Part shown: piece by piece, positions 10,161 through 20,304 of the stretch
Numbering within the stretch: the first letter of the stretch is position 1
How the letters are laid out: the number at the start of each line of letters is the position of its first letter
Source: Nitrosopumilus sp.
GTDB taxonomy: Archaea; Thermoproteota; Nitrososphaeria; Nitrososphaerales; Nitrosopumilaceae
Reading direction: 5' to 3'
NCBI GenBank assembly: GCA_965205215.1
Contig: OZ242041.1
Span: 192,001 to 256,000, forward strand
Length of the DNA stretch: 64,000 bases
Position numbers and translations under genes: made by a program
Notes under the pieces: model-generated
What the model was told of the DNA's origin: nothing
Seen by the model: the letters and a program-made list of their open reading frames with translations, nothing else
Database searches by the model: none

Positions 10161-11000
10161 ATGACATAATACGATAGGGATATTTTTTAGTGCGCAGAAA
10201 CAATTTTGTGTCCAGAATCTGCTCGGAATGCAGTTTAGGTGATCTTAGTCAAAAAATCTATAAACAAACTTCATGAGTGTGGCACAGGATTGCAAGGTTA
10301 AAGGCCGGAGGAAAAAATGGTGGCAATATTCCTGTGTCAATGACGGCAAGGAAGAAAGGGATTGGCGATCTGACACGCCCGCCGCTGCCGATTCGATCGT
10401 GCTGAAGGATGCGTGGGACTCTGAACTGTTCCTTGCAGGCGTGAGAAGGGGGCTGGCGGCGGGTACAATGTTGCGCGCAATGACCGGGTACAGCGCGGAG
10501 AGTCTAGGAGGCCGTACGGGGCCTTTGCTGCCAGGCGGGAGGCCGTGGAGGCCAAGGAAATCGAACGGTGGAAGGAGTCGCTGACGCACTGCCTGCGGGC
10601 CGCTGCCGCCGGCGGCAGCCATCCAGAACACATCACGGAAAAAGCCGGCGCCTTGTCCGGGTTTTCCCGTGGCTGCAGTTACCACAACTGTCGGCATTCT
10701 CAAGATGGCTCTGTCATTTTCCGGACAAACCAGACGACGGGATTGGCTCACGGCTTCTACTGCGCGTGCCTGGATGTAACTAATTCCAAAAAACTCCGAA
10801 AATGGCCCCGGCAGCAGGCCATGGTGATCAGGTAGGCGCCACAGGACTCCTCGGCCGCGCGGCCCTAGTCGTTGTCCCGGCCTACCCGGCGCGCGATCTT
10901 GCCGCCTGAGCCGCGGGAAGAACTGAATGCAAGGCGCGCATACCCCAGAACGAACCCAGCATGATTTATGTTATATATTCAGCATGCAGCCTGACGATAG

Positions 11001-12521
11001 ATGAATTTCGCATATAGGTGGGGGCAGCTCACAGCGGGTTGGGCGGTCACTGCCGCGTCCATTGTAATTGTTGCGATGGCAGCGGGTGGCGGGCCCCTCC
11101 ACATGCAGGAGGCTTACGCGATCCCGCCGTCCGAGCCGTTCCAGCATATAGACAGGGTAGTAAAGATACACAACGGCACACTTGACGCTCTGTCGTTTGG
11201 CCCCAACGACGCGTTCGGGGCCAGCGTCGACGTAATCGGGGACATAGACGGGGACGGCACGCCCGATATCATGGTCGGCGCAAACGGGGACGATTCATAC
11301 GCCGAAGACGCCGGGGCCGCATACATGCTATTCATGAACAGAGACGGCACGCCCCGACACGTGGAAAAGATAACCGGTGCAACGCCCAACGGGCCTTCCC
11401 TCTCGGCCGGCGACTACTTTGGGGTGTCGGTGGCAGGAATAGGCGACCTTGACGAGGACGGCGTACCTGACGTCGTGATCGGCGCCGACGGCGACGACGT
11501 GGCAATAACCAACGGCGGGGCACTGCACGTGCTCTTCCTCAACGAAGACGGTACGGTAAAGCGCACGGCCGAGATCAACGGTAACACCGCCAACGGGCCC
11601 TCCACGGACCTGCACGATTACTTTGGATTCAGGGTGACCGACGCCGGCGACATAGACGGGGACGGCATAACGGACATCGCAGTAGGCAAGTTCAAGGCGC
11701 ACGGCTCCTACCTCTTCCTGAACCTTCCGTTCGAGGCACTTGATAATATCGACGAAGTGACAGAGGCCAATCCGAACGAGATGTTCTACGGTTCGATGGA
11801 TGTAATCCTGATGAACCGTGACGGCACGCCCAAGGATACCATAAGGATAGACCATAAGAGTCCGAACGTCCCGTATCTTGCCCCAGGCGCCGTCTTTGGA
11901 AGCTCGGTTGCCGACATTGGCGACTTTGACGGGGACGGCACGCCCGACCTACTGGTAGGCTCCGAAGCCACCGACTACATGCGGGTGGTGTCGTGCCTCA
12001 ATTCAAGGTCGTACGCCACCACCATCACTAACGCAGGCTCCGTACACATACTCCTGATGAATCCGGACGGGACCGTCAGGGGAGCCCACACAATAGACGG
12101 GAGAACATCCAACGGCCCGAGCCTCAATACATGGGACTTTTTCGGCATAGCGGCATCCGAATTCGGCGACATAGACAGGGACGGCGTCACGGATTTGGTG
12201 GGTGGCTCCAACCTCGGCGATGGAGGCGGCAAGGACAGGGGACACGCCCACGTCATGTTCATGAACGCGGACGGAACCGTCAAGGGGACGCAAGTCGTCA
12301 ACGACTTGGCGCCAAACGGGCCCGTCCTTACAGACTATGACTATTTTGGTTTCGCGATATCATCAAGCTCTGACTTTGACGACGACGGCCGGCCCGACAT
12401 CGTGATGGGCGCATACCTTGACAACTCCGCCCAAGGTGACGGGGGAAGGGCCACGACAGACGCGCTAGTCCCAGAGGAACAACCCAGCCTCGGGGCCATA
12501 TACGTCATATTCACAAGGTGA
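11001..12521 (+). CDS. Secreted FG-GAP/integrin-alpha beta-propeller repeat protein
   Basis: Signal peptide; six FG..V...GD.DGDG..D...G repeats, each with a DxDxDG Ca-binding loop. Confidence 0.9.
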   Translation: MNFAYRWGQLTAGWAVTAASIVIVAMAAGGGPLHMQEAYAIPPSEPFQHIDRVVKIHNGTLDALSFGPNDAFGASVDVIGDIDGDGTPDIMVGANGDDSYAEDAGAAYMLFMNRDGTPRHVEKITGATPNGPSLSAGDYFGVSVAGIGDLDEDGVPDVVIGADGDDVAITNGGALHVLFLNEDGTVKRTAEINGNTANGPSTDLHDYFGFRVTDAGDIDGDGITDIAVGKFKAHGSYLFLNLPFEALDNIDEVTEANPNEMFYGSMDVILMNRDGTPKDTIRIDHKSPNVPYLAPGAVFGSSVADIGDFDGDGTPDLLVGSEATDYMRVVSCLNSRSYATTITNAGSVHILLMNPDGTVRGAHTIDGRTSNGPSLNTWDFFGIAASEFGDIDRDGVTDLVGGSNLGDGGGKDRGHAHVMFMNADGTVKGTQVVNDLAPNGPVLTDYDYFGFAISSSSDFDDDGRPDIVMGAYLDNSAQGDGGRATTDALVPEEQPSLGAIYVIFTR

Positions 12522-12603
12522 CCGCAGCAGACGGCAACGTGTTAACGTGGAGCATGCGTCCACGTGTCTCCCGCCACGCCAGCCGCCGGATACGAAGCGG
12601 GCG

Positions 12604-14004
12604 TCACCCGAGGTACCGCTCGAGCCTGATCCGGTCAATGCCCGGAATTTTAGCAATCTCGAACCCCTCGGGGCGCTTTGAGCGTGGTATGGTGGCGTCC
12701 ACCCCCATCTTGGCCGTCCTCAGGTTCTTCTGGTCGCTTGACGGATCCAGGCTCGAGCCCCTCACGTCTCGGATTATGACGAGGTCCTTGTCGGCCTGGA
12801 ACCTGGTCGCCATCGCATACTCTACCGACTCGGCGCTCTCCGGGTCGATGTCCTCGTCAACCACGGTGACCTGCTTGAGCGAGCGGTGGGACGCAAACGC
12901 CTTCTTTATTATGCGTCGGGGATCGTCTGAGCGCCTCTTTGATATCTGGACCACGGCATGCAACCAGTTGCAGCCCCCGCCGGTCATCGAGACGCGCCTG
13001 ACCTGCGGAAACGCCGCTCCGAGCTCGCCGTTAAGCTTGGACTCGATGGGCATGCCCATCAGGAGGCGGTGCTCTGCATACCCGGAGAGTATGTCGTGGA
13101 ATATGGGGTCGTTCCGGTAGTGCAGCCGCTCCAGCTCAAACACGGGCTGACGCCTCTTGTGGTCGTAGGTCTGCAGCATCTCGACCATCCACTCCCTGTG
13201 CGTCACGTCGTGCAGTATGCGGCCCTCCAGTACGATCTCGGAGGCAGACGGCACGTACATGCCGGACCATCCCAGCTTGGCAAGCTCCAGCTTTCCGCCC
13301 AGAATGGAGTTTGCGATGTGCATCTCGTCCCGGCCCCACTCCGCCTGGTATGCGGCCGCGATCGATATGGCCGGGTGCACGCCTATCGTAATGGCCACCC
13401 TGAGGTCCTGCCCCAGCTCCTTGGCGGCCTCAAAGCACCGGTGCAGGTGCCGTCCCTCCACCATGCGGACGGAGCACCTCGTGGTCTTGTTGCCGCCACC
13501 CCCGCGGCCGCCGCTGCCTCCCCCCGCAACTGGCATGAGCCTGTGGAACGAAGAGTTCTGCGCCCCGGTCTCCGGGTTCTCTGCATATATCACGGAGGAC
13601 GTTACGAACGGCCCCGGCTCCTTCTCAAAGTGCGTCACTATGGGCAGCACGGACAGGTCGCGTGCATGGTTCTCCTCGTACAGCCCCGCGCGCCCGGATA
13701 TCCTGGGCCTCCTCGCCTTTGATATCGCCGATACGACCTTGTCATGTATGACATGCTCCGTCCTGGCCCCCACGGCCGTGGCAAACCTCGTGCGCGTTCC
13801 CACCAAATTCGAGACGAGCCGGAAGCCGGCGGCGGCGCTGCTGCTGCTGCCCCTAACGTTCTCAAACAATATGGCGGGGCCCCCGTCCGCCCGCGCCGTC
13901 ACGCCTGCGATCTCGAATTTTGCGGATACCGGCTTTGCGACGCGCTTCAGCTGGCCCGTCCTCTCGATTGCCGAGAGGTATCCGCGCAGGTCAGGCAGAA
14001 CCAT
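12604..14004 (-). CDS. UbiD-family prFMN-dependent decarboxylase
   Basis: QNSSFHR, GRHL, EIVLEG, VVDEDID, EYAMATRFQ, SSLDPS, KMGVDAT. Substrate uncertain (archaeal mevalonate or quinone pathway). Confidence 0.9.
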   Translation of the reverse strand: MVLPDLRGYLSAIERTGQLKRVAKPVSAKFEIAGVTARADGGPAILFENVRGSSSSAAAGFRLVSNLVGTRTRFATAVGARTEHVIHDKVVSAISKARRPRISGRAGLYEENHARDLSVLPIVTHFEKEPGPFVTSSVIYAENPETGAQNSSFHRLMPVAGGGSGGRGGGGNKTTRCSVRMVEGRHLHRCFEAAKELGQDLRVAITIGVHPAISIAAAYQAEWGRDEMHIANSILGGKLELAKLGWSGMYVPSASEIVLEGRILHDVTHREWMVEMLQTYDHKRRQPVFELERLHYRNDPIFHDILSGYAEHRLLMGMPIESKLNGELGAAFPQVRRVSMTGGGCNWLHAVVQISKRRSDDPRRIIKKAFASHRSLKQVTVVDEDIDPESAESVEYAMATRFQADKDLVIIRDVRGSSLDPSSDQKNLRTAKMGVDATIPRSKRPEGFEIAKIPGIDRIRLERYLG

Positions 14005-14428
14005 CCTTCTCCCCCCCAAGTGTAATCATCCCCACCAGGACCTCTAGCAGCTCCTTTGACGCCGGCGCGCCGATCTCGCCGTCGGCGTACACGGAGACGG
14101 CCGCGATTCCGCGCGTCCGCGAGCTGATCTGCTCGGCCGCCATCCTCATGAGGAACGCGCACGTGGGATCGCGCGGCGGGATTATCGTAGTCGTAACCGG
14201 GGCGGCCCCCGCCCGCGATACGAGCGACACTGCAAGCGAGCCGAGCCGGCGGCTGTTCTCGGATATCGCCGCAAACACCCCGTTCTCAAACCTGTGCACC
14301 TGCACGACAAAGGGGCGGCCCTGCGGACTTACCATACTCTCGGACATGACGTCCCTGCCCCCGGACACGCCCGGCGCGGGGCCTGCCGTCCCTTCCTCTG
14401 CATCCGTTGTTGCGGGCATTACCTTCAC
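13991..14428 (-). CDS. Hypothetical protein, PAC4-like (proteasome assembly chaperone-like) fold
   Basis: F.NG.F..ISE...LGSLAVS...TT.IP pattern; real start probably near 14347. Confidence 0.5.
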   Translation of the reverse strand: MKVMPATTDAEEGTAGPAPGVSGGRDVMSESMVSPQGRPFVVQVHRFENGVFAAISENSRRLGSLAVSLVSRAGAAPVTTTIIPPRDPTCAFLMRMAAEQISSRTRGIAAVSVYADGEIGAPASKELLEVLVGMITLGGEKDGSA

Positions 14429-14464
14429 CGTGGGGTGGGCGGCGCCGTCAATATCAATGCGCCC

Positions 14465-14917
14465 CTACGTGCTGCCGGACGCGGCGGGGTTATTCTTGCA
14501 GTTCTTCGCGTGGCGCTTGGGATATACGAACAGTCTGTCGCAGTACAGGCATGGCTTCTTCTCCCCCTTTGTCGCCCTGCCCTCGGCGGCGCCGGACTTG
14601 GAGGCGGCGGCCTTTTTGGCCCCGGCGGGTTTTAACGCCTTGGCGGCCTTGGACTTGGCTTTTTTTGCCTTGGAGGCGGCGGCGGCCAAGCTTGCCCGCG
14701 CCTCGGCTGCGCTCGCCTCCACCCTGGCGCGCAGCTTGGCCTTGTACTTGAGGTTGCGTGGCTTTGTGCGGAGCCTGTATCCGCAGCACGGGCACCACAG
14801 CCCTTCCCATTTTATGAATATCTCGCATATCTGACACCGACGCTGTCCCGAGGCGTACCTGCCCGTCCCGACCGGCTTCTGGGCCTTGTATCGAGTACAG
14901 ATTCCCTTGCACGTCAT
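14465..14917 (-). CDS. Thaumarchaeal Zn-finger protein with Lys/Ala-rich linker and second CxxC..H...C finger
   Basis: MTCKGIC.RY...RY..GQ.RCQIC..F....GLWCPCCG.RLR.KPR; AT-rich promoter tract near 14940. Confidence 0.85.
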   Translation of the reverse strand: MTCKGICTRYKAQKPVGTGRYASGQRRCQICEIFIKWEGLWCPCCGYRLRTKPRNLKYKAKLRARVEASAAEARASLAAAASKAKKAKSKAAKALKPAGAKKAAASKSGAAEGRATKGEKKPCLYCDRLFVYPKRHAKNCKNNPAASGST

Positions 14918-15091
14918 GTGTGATTGATAAACACGAAAGGTATTTAAGCCTAAAGCCAGAAAATTTTCAAAAAAACAGTCCAAAAGTATAAAACTTGCCA
15001 ATATGATATGAAAATTTGGAAGATACAGTAAAAACGGCGGGAATTCTTAAGAAAATATACAGTTATCGCGGCCGCAGGCGGCGTCGCGCCG

Positions 15092-15784
15092 TCAGCCGGT
15101 CATCGAGAGCGGCATGACGTCACGGTGCCTCCTCCTGCCGTCGCGGCGGGATATGTAGCGCGCAGACAGGATGTCGCGCCTGCCGCGGCGGTTAAAGTTC
15201 TTGAGCTTTGGGCTCGTCCGGCTCTCGTCGACGAGCTCAAACTCAAAGGAAGAGCAGAAGCGCAGGTTCAGCGTGCGGGCAATCTCGCAGGCCGTCTCGA
15301 CGTCGCCGTCCCCTATCTTGACGAGCCTGCGCCTTGCAGGCAGGCCCCCGAGCACGCGTATGACCATGGAGACCAGGCCGTCCACGGAGGAGTGTATCGA
15401 CGACCCTATCTCCCGCCCGCAGTACGATATTGCAAGCCCGCTGCGCTGCCCCGGGTCTATCCCCACTACGAGCTCCTCGGGCCCCGGATGCAGGCCGGAC
15501 TCCCGTACCATCAGGCCGCACACCACGGCGGGCGGGTGCCCCGAGACGTCCTCAAAGAACAGGGCGGGGCCCGGAAACGCGCGGGGCCCCGGGTGCTCCG
15601 GTATCGTGGTCATTACGAGGTGTCCCCCGTACGCGCCCATGCGCTCCGGCAGTATCGAGTCGAACCGGACGCCAAGCTCCCTGAGCAGCGACGAAAAGTA
15701 ATAGTAGGGCCTGCCGCGGGCAGTCGCCACCGCCACGCGCAGGCCGCTCGGAAACGGCGTATCCTGCAGCGGGTGGAGCGTCAT
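15092..15784 (-). CDS. Hypothetical protein with RNase H-like (YqgF/RuvC-type) domain
   Basis: VVGIDPGQRSGLA, VKIGDG, LVDESRTS, RDILSA. Confidence 0.7.
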   Translation of the reverse strand: MTLHPLQDTPFPSGLRVAVATARGRPYYYFSSLLRELGVRFDSILPERMGAYGGHLVMTTIPEHPGPRAFPGPALFFEDVSGHPPAVVCGLMVRESGLHPGPEELVVGIDPGQRSGLAISYCGREIGSSIHSSVDGLVSMVIRVLGGLPARRRLVKIGDGDVETACEIARTLNLRFCSSFEFELVDESRTSPKLKNFNRRGRRDILSARYISRRDGRRRHRDVMPLSMTG

Positions 15785-15931
15785 TGCACGCCACCGCGTC
15801 CTGAGCAGTAGCAGTAGTGGCAGCAGCAGCAACGGCGGCGGCAGCAGCAGGCGGCGCGTGCCGGCGGCCCTGCGGTATAGAAATATGCGACGGTACTGGT
15901 TGTTGTGACGTGTATGATCATAACGCACCGG

Positions 15932-16282
15932 TCATGGCTTCAAAATGGTCGATACCACGTCCTTCACCGCGCCCTCAAAGTTGCCGTCGACAGCGGATTT
16001 GATCTCGGCAAGCCTGGCCTCGCCGCGCTCCGTTATGCTTTTTGACTCGGCCTCCGCTGCCGCCTTTGACTCGTTGATGATAACCTCGGCCTCCTTTGAG
16101 GCCATCTCCCGCGTCTTTTCCATCATGGAATCGATCTGGGACTGGGCCCTTGCCGCGAGCTGCTTTTTCATGTCACCCACCTTGCCGCCCAGGGAGTCGA
16201 GGTCGTCCTCGAGCGCGCTGAGGGACTTTATGATGCCAGAAACGTTGGACTCGGCCGCCACACCTGCAGAACCCTTGCTCAT
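15932..16282 (-). CDS. Coiled-coil protein resembling A/V-ATPase subunit H/G
   Basis: All-helical, charged; C-terminal FEGAVKDVVSTIL. Confidence 0.55.
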   Translation of the reverse strand: MSKGSAGVAAESNVSGIIKSLSALEDDLDSLGGKVGDMKKQLAARAQSQIDSMMEKTREMASKEAEVIINESKAAAEAESKSITERGEARLAEIKSAVDGNFEGAVKDVVSTILKP

Positions 16283-16337
16283 ACGCTTGGGCTCACGCAG
16301 GCTATTACTTAAATCTTAATTCGGGGCCGGCGCCGAG

Positions 16338-16685
16338 CTACTGGTCGCCGAGCGCCAGTATGGCCCGCGCCAGGTCGCCGTCGGCCTCGGCCAGCGCGGC
16401 GGCCGCCCTCTCCCTGTCGACGCCGGTCTCCTCGCACACCATGTCGATGTCCTCGTCCGGGAACACCGGGATCTCCAGCTCGCGCTCCGAGTAGCCGCCG
16501 TCGGCGGCGGTCACGGTGAATATGGTGGCGTCCTTGCTCTTCATCTCCGAGACGGACGGATTCTCGACGATGATCTCCTTCTTGTCGGTCTTGATCACCA
16601 CCTCTCGGACGTTCTTTATCTCCTCCACGTCGAGTCCCATCTTGTCCATCATGCGCCGCATGCCGCGGTTTCCGCCACGCATCAT
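16338..16685 (-). CDS. nac: Nascent polypeptide-associated complex protein
   Basis: MRRMMDKMG, V.EVVIK....EIIV.NP.V, C-terminal UBA domain (EDI.MV...GV....A..AL....GDLARAI). Confidence 0.93.
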   Translation of the reverse strand: MMRGGNRGMRRMMDKMGLDVEEIKNVREVVIKTDKKEIIVENPSVSEMKSKDATIFTVTAADGGYSERELEIPVFPDEDIDMVCEETGVDRERAAAALAEADGDLARAILALGDQ

Positions 16686-16692
16686 GGCACGG

Positions 16693-17163
16693 TTACCCGC
16701 CGCGACCTTTTAAACCATCCCTGACCTTGACTGCGACCCCCCTGCTCATATCCGACATTATCTCGCACGACAGCAGCGCCCTGCCCACCGCGATCACCCT
16801 GCCGCCGCACGTGACGGGCACGTCGGAGGCGGCCCTGACGTTCCGGCCGCAGCGCACCACGTGCCTGCAGAAGACCGACCGGCCCTCCTCCACGAACGGG
16901 GCGGCATCAGGCGAGACCTCTACGCAGTACGACGCGAATGCGGCAGGGCGCCGGGCAAGCATAATCTCTGCCAGGCGCGTCGTGATCGCCAGCCCGCCGT
17001 CGGGCCTCAGGGTACAGAGCAGGTTCTGGCTGCCGTCGCGTATGCCCCTTATGCGCCCGGTCCGCCTCGAGCGCTCTATGACGGCGCCAGCCGGGACCGA
17101 CCTGTGCGCCCCGCGCCCGAACTGCGCGTCGATGGTATGGCGCACCTTTGAGGCCTCCTGCAT
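16693..17163 (-). CDS. Stand-alone TGT C2 + PUA domain protein
   Basis: D.QFG.G, SRRTGRIR, TLRPDGG, PFVEEGRSVFCRHV, VGRA, GVAVKVR. Confidence 0.85.
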   Translation of the reverse strand: MQEASKVRHTIDAQFGRGAHRSVPAGAVIERSRRTGRIRGIRDGSQNLLCTLRPDGGLAITTRLAEIMLARRPAAFASYCVEVSPDAAPFVEEGRSVFCRHVVRCGRNVRAASDVPVTCGGRVIAVGRALLSCEIMSDMSRGVAVKVRDGLKGRGG

Positions 17164-17271
17164 GCGGCCACGCGCCACGCCGCCACTATTAGACGTACGC
17201 GCGGCCGCGCACGCGATGCAGGCCATATGGGGCGGCATGTCTATATAGAATGGCCGGCCCGTATCATATAC

Positions 17272-18342
17272 ATGAGCGAGAATGAGGAGATGCGCAAGAT
17301 TCAATTTACCGGCAAGTCGTCGTATATAGTCACCCTGCCAAAGGACTGGATAACCGACCTGGGCCTCAAGAGGGGCGACCAGGTGAGGATAGTCCGCAAG
17401 GGGGCGACGGCCCTCGAGGTGCACCCCCCAAAGTACGAGCCGAGGACGCCGAAGAAGGAGGACGCCATACTGGAGATAGACGGCAGGGACGAGCCCTCAA
17501 GTATCGTGCGCAAGCTCATCTCGCTCTACTTTCTGGGGTTCAGGTCCATCACGGTAAAGCCGAGGGGGGACAGGCTCAGCCCGGGCCAGAGGAGCACCGT
17601 AAAGGAGTCCGTCAAGAGGATGCTCATGGGATCGGAGATAACCTCCGACTCGAGCAGCGGCATCACGGTTCAGGTGCTGGTGAACCTCCTCGAGCTGTCA
17701 GTCGACGGGGCGTTCAAGCGCATGATACACCTGGCAAAGTCCATGTGCAGCGACGCCATACTGGCCGTGCGCGAGAACAACGCGGAGCTCGCAAAGGAGG
17801 TGATCAGCACGGACGACGAGGTCGACAGGTTCGGCTTTTACATAATACGCCAGCTGAAGATAGCGATACAGAACGAGCACATACTGCAGGAGATCGGGTT
17901 TCGGAACGCCAGGAACTGCCTCGGGTACAGGCTGGTGGTGAAGAACATCGAGAGGACGGGGGACCACGCCACGCTCGTGGCAAAGGACGTCCTGGAGTTC
18001 CAGAAGAGCATAGGGCCGGAGTACCTGGACAGGCTGGAGAGGATGAGCCAGTTCTGCCTCTCGGTGCTTGATGACGCGTGCCTGGCCCTCTTCAAGGAGG
18101 ACCACGTCCAGGCGGAGGGTACCATAAATAGATGCGGCGAGATCTCGACGTACGAGAAGGACCTGCTTGACTCCGTAAGGGACCACAAGGACGACGAGGA
18201 GGTGTACCGCATAAGGAGGATGGCAGAGAACATCAGGAGGATAGCAGAGTACGCGAGCGACATATCGGAGATCGTACTGAACATGAACATAGAAAAGGCG
18301 CTCAAAAAGGGGAACGGGGACGCCGCCGCGCCAACGGCGTGA
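17272..18342 (+). CDS. AbrB-domain phosphate uptake regulator (PhoU family)
   Basis: RKIQFTGKSSYIVTLPKDW (AbrB), DDEVDRF, KNIERTGDH, ENIRRIAEYASDISE. Confidence 0.9.
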   Translation: MSENEEMRKIQFTGKSSYIVTLPKDWITDLGLKRGDQVRIVRKGATALEVHPPKYEPRTPKKEDAILEIDGRDEPSSIVRKLISLYFLGFRSITVKPRGDRLSPGQRSTVKESVKRMLMGSEITSDSSSGITVQVLVNLLELSVDGAFKRMIHLAKSMCSDAILAVRENNAELAKEVISTDDEVDRFGFYIIRQLKIAIQNEHILQEIGFRNARNCLGYRLVVKNIERTGDHATLVAKDVLEFQKSIGPEYLDRLERMSQFCLSVLDDACLALFKEDHVQAEGTINRCGEISTYEKDLLDSVRDHKDDEEVYRIRRMAENIRRIAEYASDISEIVLNMNIEKALKKGNGDAAAPTA

Positions 18343-18424
18343 CGGGCGCGCCCGGTGATAGAGATATTATGACTGCCAAGCCGCGGCGGTGTGCTACAAT
18401 GACAGGCAAGGAGATGGCGAGGGG

Positions 18425-19648
18425 ATGAAGACAGCTGTCCTGATCACGCGCAACAGGGAGGACGCCGTGGGCGAGGCGCTGGGCCTCTGCGACGCGGCCG
18501 GGTACGAGCCCGTACGCGTGATGAGGCAGCGTTATCTGGGGCACCCCAGGTATGGGATAGGGCGCGGGGCGCTCGAAAAGCTGCAGGAGATCGTAGAGGA
18601 GACGGGCCCCGACGTGGTGGTATACGACGAGATCCTAAAGCCGAGCCAGAACTATAATCTGGCGTCGGCCGTGCACATGGAGATACTCGACAGGGAGACC
18701 CTCATACTGGAGATATTCGAGAGGCGCGCGTCGAGCGCCGAGTCGAGGCTGCAGGTGAGGCTGGCGCAGCTCAGGTACGAGATGGCCAGGGCAAAGGAGA
18801 GGGTCAGGCTCGCGAGCATGGGGGAGCAGCCGGGGTTCATGGGGATCGGCAAGTTCGGGGTCGACGTATACTACAACGACATACGGAACCGGATGAACTC
18901 GACTAGGGCGAAGCTCGAAAAGTCCGGAAGGCAGCGCGAGCTGCACAGGAGTGCGCGCAGACGGGCGGGGTTCAAGACCGTCTCGCTTGCGGGGTACACG
19001 TCGGCGGGCAAGACCACGCTGTTCAACACAATGACGGGGGAGAACAACGAGAAGGGCGACGAGCTGTTCACCACGCTCTCCACCACCACGAGGCGCGCCC
19101 AGGTCGGCGGCAGGGCCGCGGAGCCGGTGCTGGTGTCGGACACGGTCGGGTTCATCAGCAAGCTGCCCGCGTATATGATAGAGGCGTTCCGCTCCACGTT
19201 GGAGGAGCTCGGGCACGCGGACGTGATAGTGTTGGTCGTGGACTTTGCCGAACCCGTGCAGGCGGCAAGGAGGAAGATTGCCAGCTGCCACGCCGCGCTC
19301 GGCGAGCTTGGAGTGAGGGAGGAGCGCGTCATATACGCGCTCAACAAGGCCGACATGGTCGCACCTAGCGCCGATGTCGCGAGGAGGAGGGCCGAGCGAC
19401 TGGGAATTGCGGGCGCGGACGACGACGATGGCGGCACGGGGAGGTGGGTCGCCGTATCGGCCAAGACTGGCGCGAATATCGACGGGCTGAAGGACATGAT
19501 AGCCGAGATGGCCTTTGGTCCGGCCGCGGGCGGCGCGTGGCGTCCCGGACGCCGGGACAAGAAGGGTTCACACATCCCAGAGGCCGTCACGGCAGCAGCA
19601 GCGGCGGAGACAACGGCAGCACGCGAGGAGGCGGACGGCCGCGCATGA
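18425..19648 (+). CDS. hflX: GTPase HflX
   Basis: [48 protein letters not shown]. Confidence 0.93.
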   Translation: MKTAVLITRNREDAVGEALGLCDAAGYEPVRVMRQRYLGHPRYGIGRGALEKLQEIVEETGPDVVVYDEILKPSQNYNLASAVHMEILDRETLILEIFERRASSAESRLQVRLAQLRYEMARAKERVRLASMGEQPGFMGIGKFGVDVYYNDIRNRMNSTRAKLEKSGRQRELHRSARRRAGFKTVSLAGYTSAGKTTLFNTMTGENNEKGDELFTTLSTTTRRAQVGGRAAEPVLVSDTVGFISKLPAYMIEAFRSTLEELGHADVIVLVVDFAEPVQAARRKIASCHAALGELGVREERVIYALNKADMVAPSADVARRRAERLGIAGADDDDGGTGRWVAVSAKTGANIDGLKDMIAEMAFGPAAGGAWRPGRRDKKGSHIPEAVTAAAAAETTAAREEADGRA

Positions 19649-20268
19649 CCGCGACCATAGAGGTGCTCCGGATCGGCCAGCGCCCCGTCAGGGACGACAG
19701 GGTCACCACGCATGTGGCCCTGGTGGCCAGGGCCTTTGGGGCGTCCAGGATATACATGACTGAGGCGAACCCCGAGATCAGGCAGGGCGTACGCGCAATA
19801 AACGAGACGTGGGGGGGCAAGTTCGAAGTCGAGTACGTGGACGGATGGAGGCCCGTCCTGCGCGAAAAGGTGCGGCAGGGTTATACGGTAGTGCACCTGT
19901 CGATGTACGGCGAGTCCATAAACGACGTACAGGGCGAGCTGCGGCGGCGCGCCGAGGATGGCGCGGCCAGGATGCTTGTCGTAGTCGGCGCCAAAAAGGT
20001 GCCAAGGGAGGTGTACGACGCGGCAGACTACAACGTAAGCGTGGGGGGGCAGCCGCACTCGGAGATTGCGGCCCTGGCAGTCCTGCTTGACCGCATATAC
20101 CAGGGCGCCCAGCTCGGGCAGGATCGGTTCGGGGGAGCAAAGAGGCGCATAGTCCCGTCCCGTCACGGCAAGCGGGTCGAGTCGCGCGCGTACAGTGACG
20201 ACGATGACGACGACGGGGATGATGGCAATCGCGACGACGATCAGCCCGGGGCGCACAAGACGCAGTAA
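19645..20268 (+). CDS. trm56: tRNA (cytidine56-2'-O)-methyltransferase aTrm56
   Basis: [48 protein letters not shown]. Confidence 0.93.
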   Translation: MTATIEVLRIGQRPVRDDRVTTHVALVARAFGASRIYMTEANPEIRQGVRAINETWGGKFEVEYVDGWRPVLREKVRQGYTVVHLSMYGESINDVQGELRRRAEDGAARMLVVVGAKKVPREVYDAADYNVSVGGQPHSEIAALAVLLDRIYQGAQLGQDRFGGAKRRIVPSRHGKRVESRAYSDDDDDDGDDGNRDDDQPGAHKTQ

Positions 20269-20304
20269 ACAACAGATTAATAGCCACATAACTGACCGCG
20301 CACG

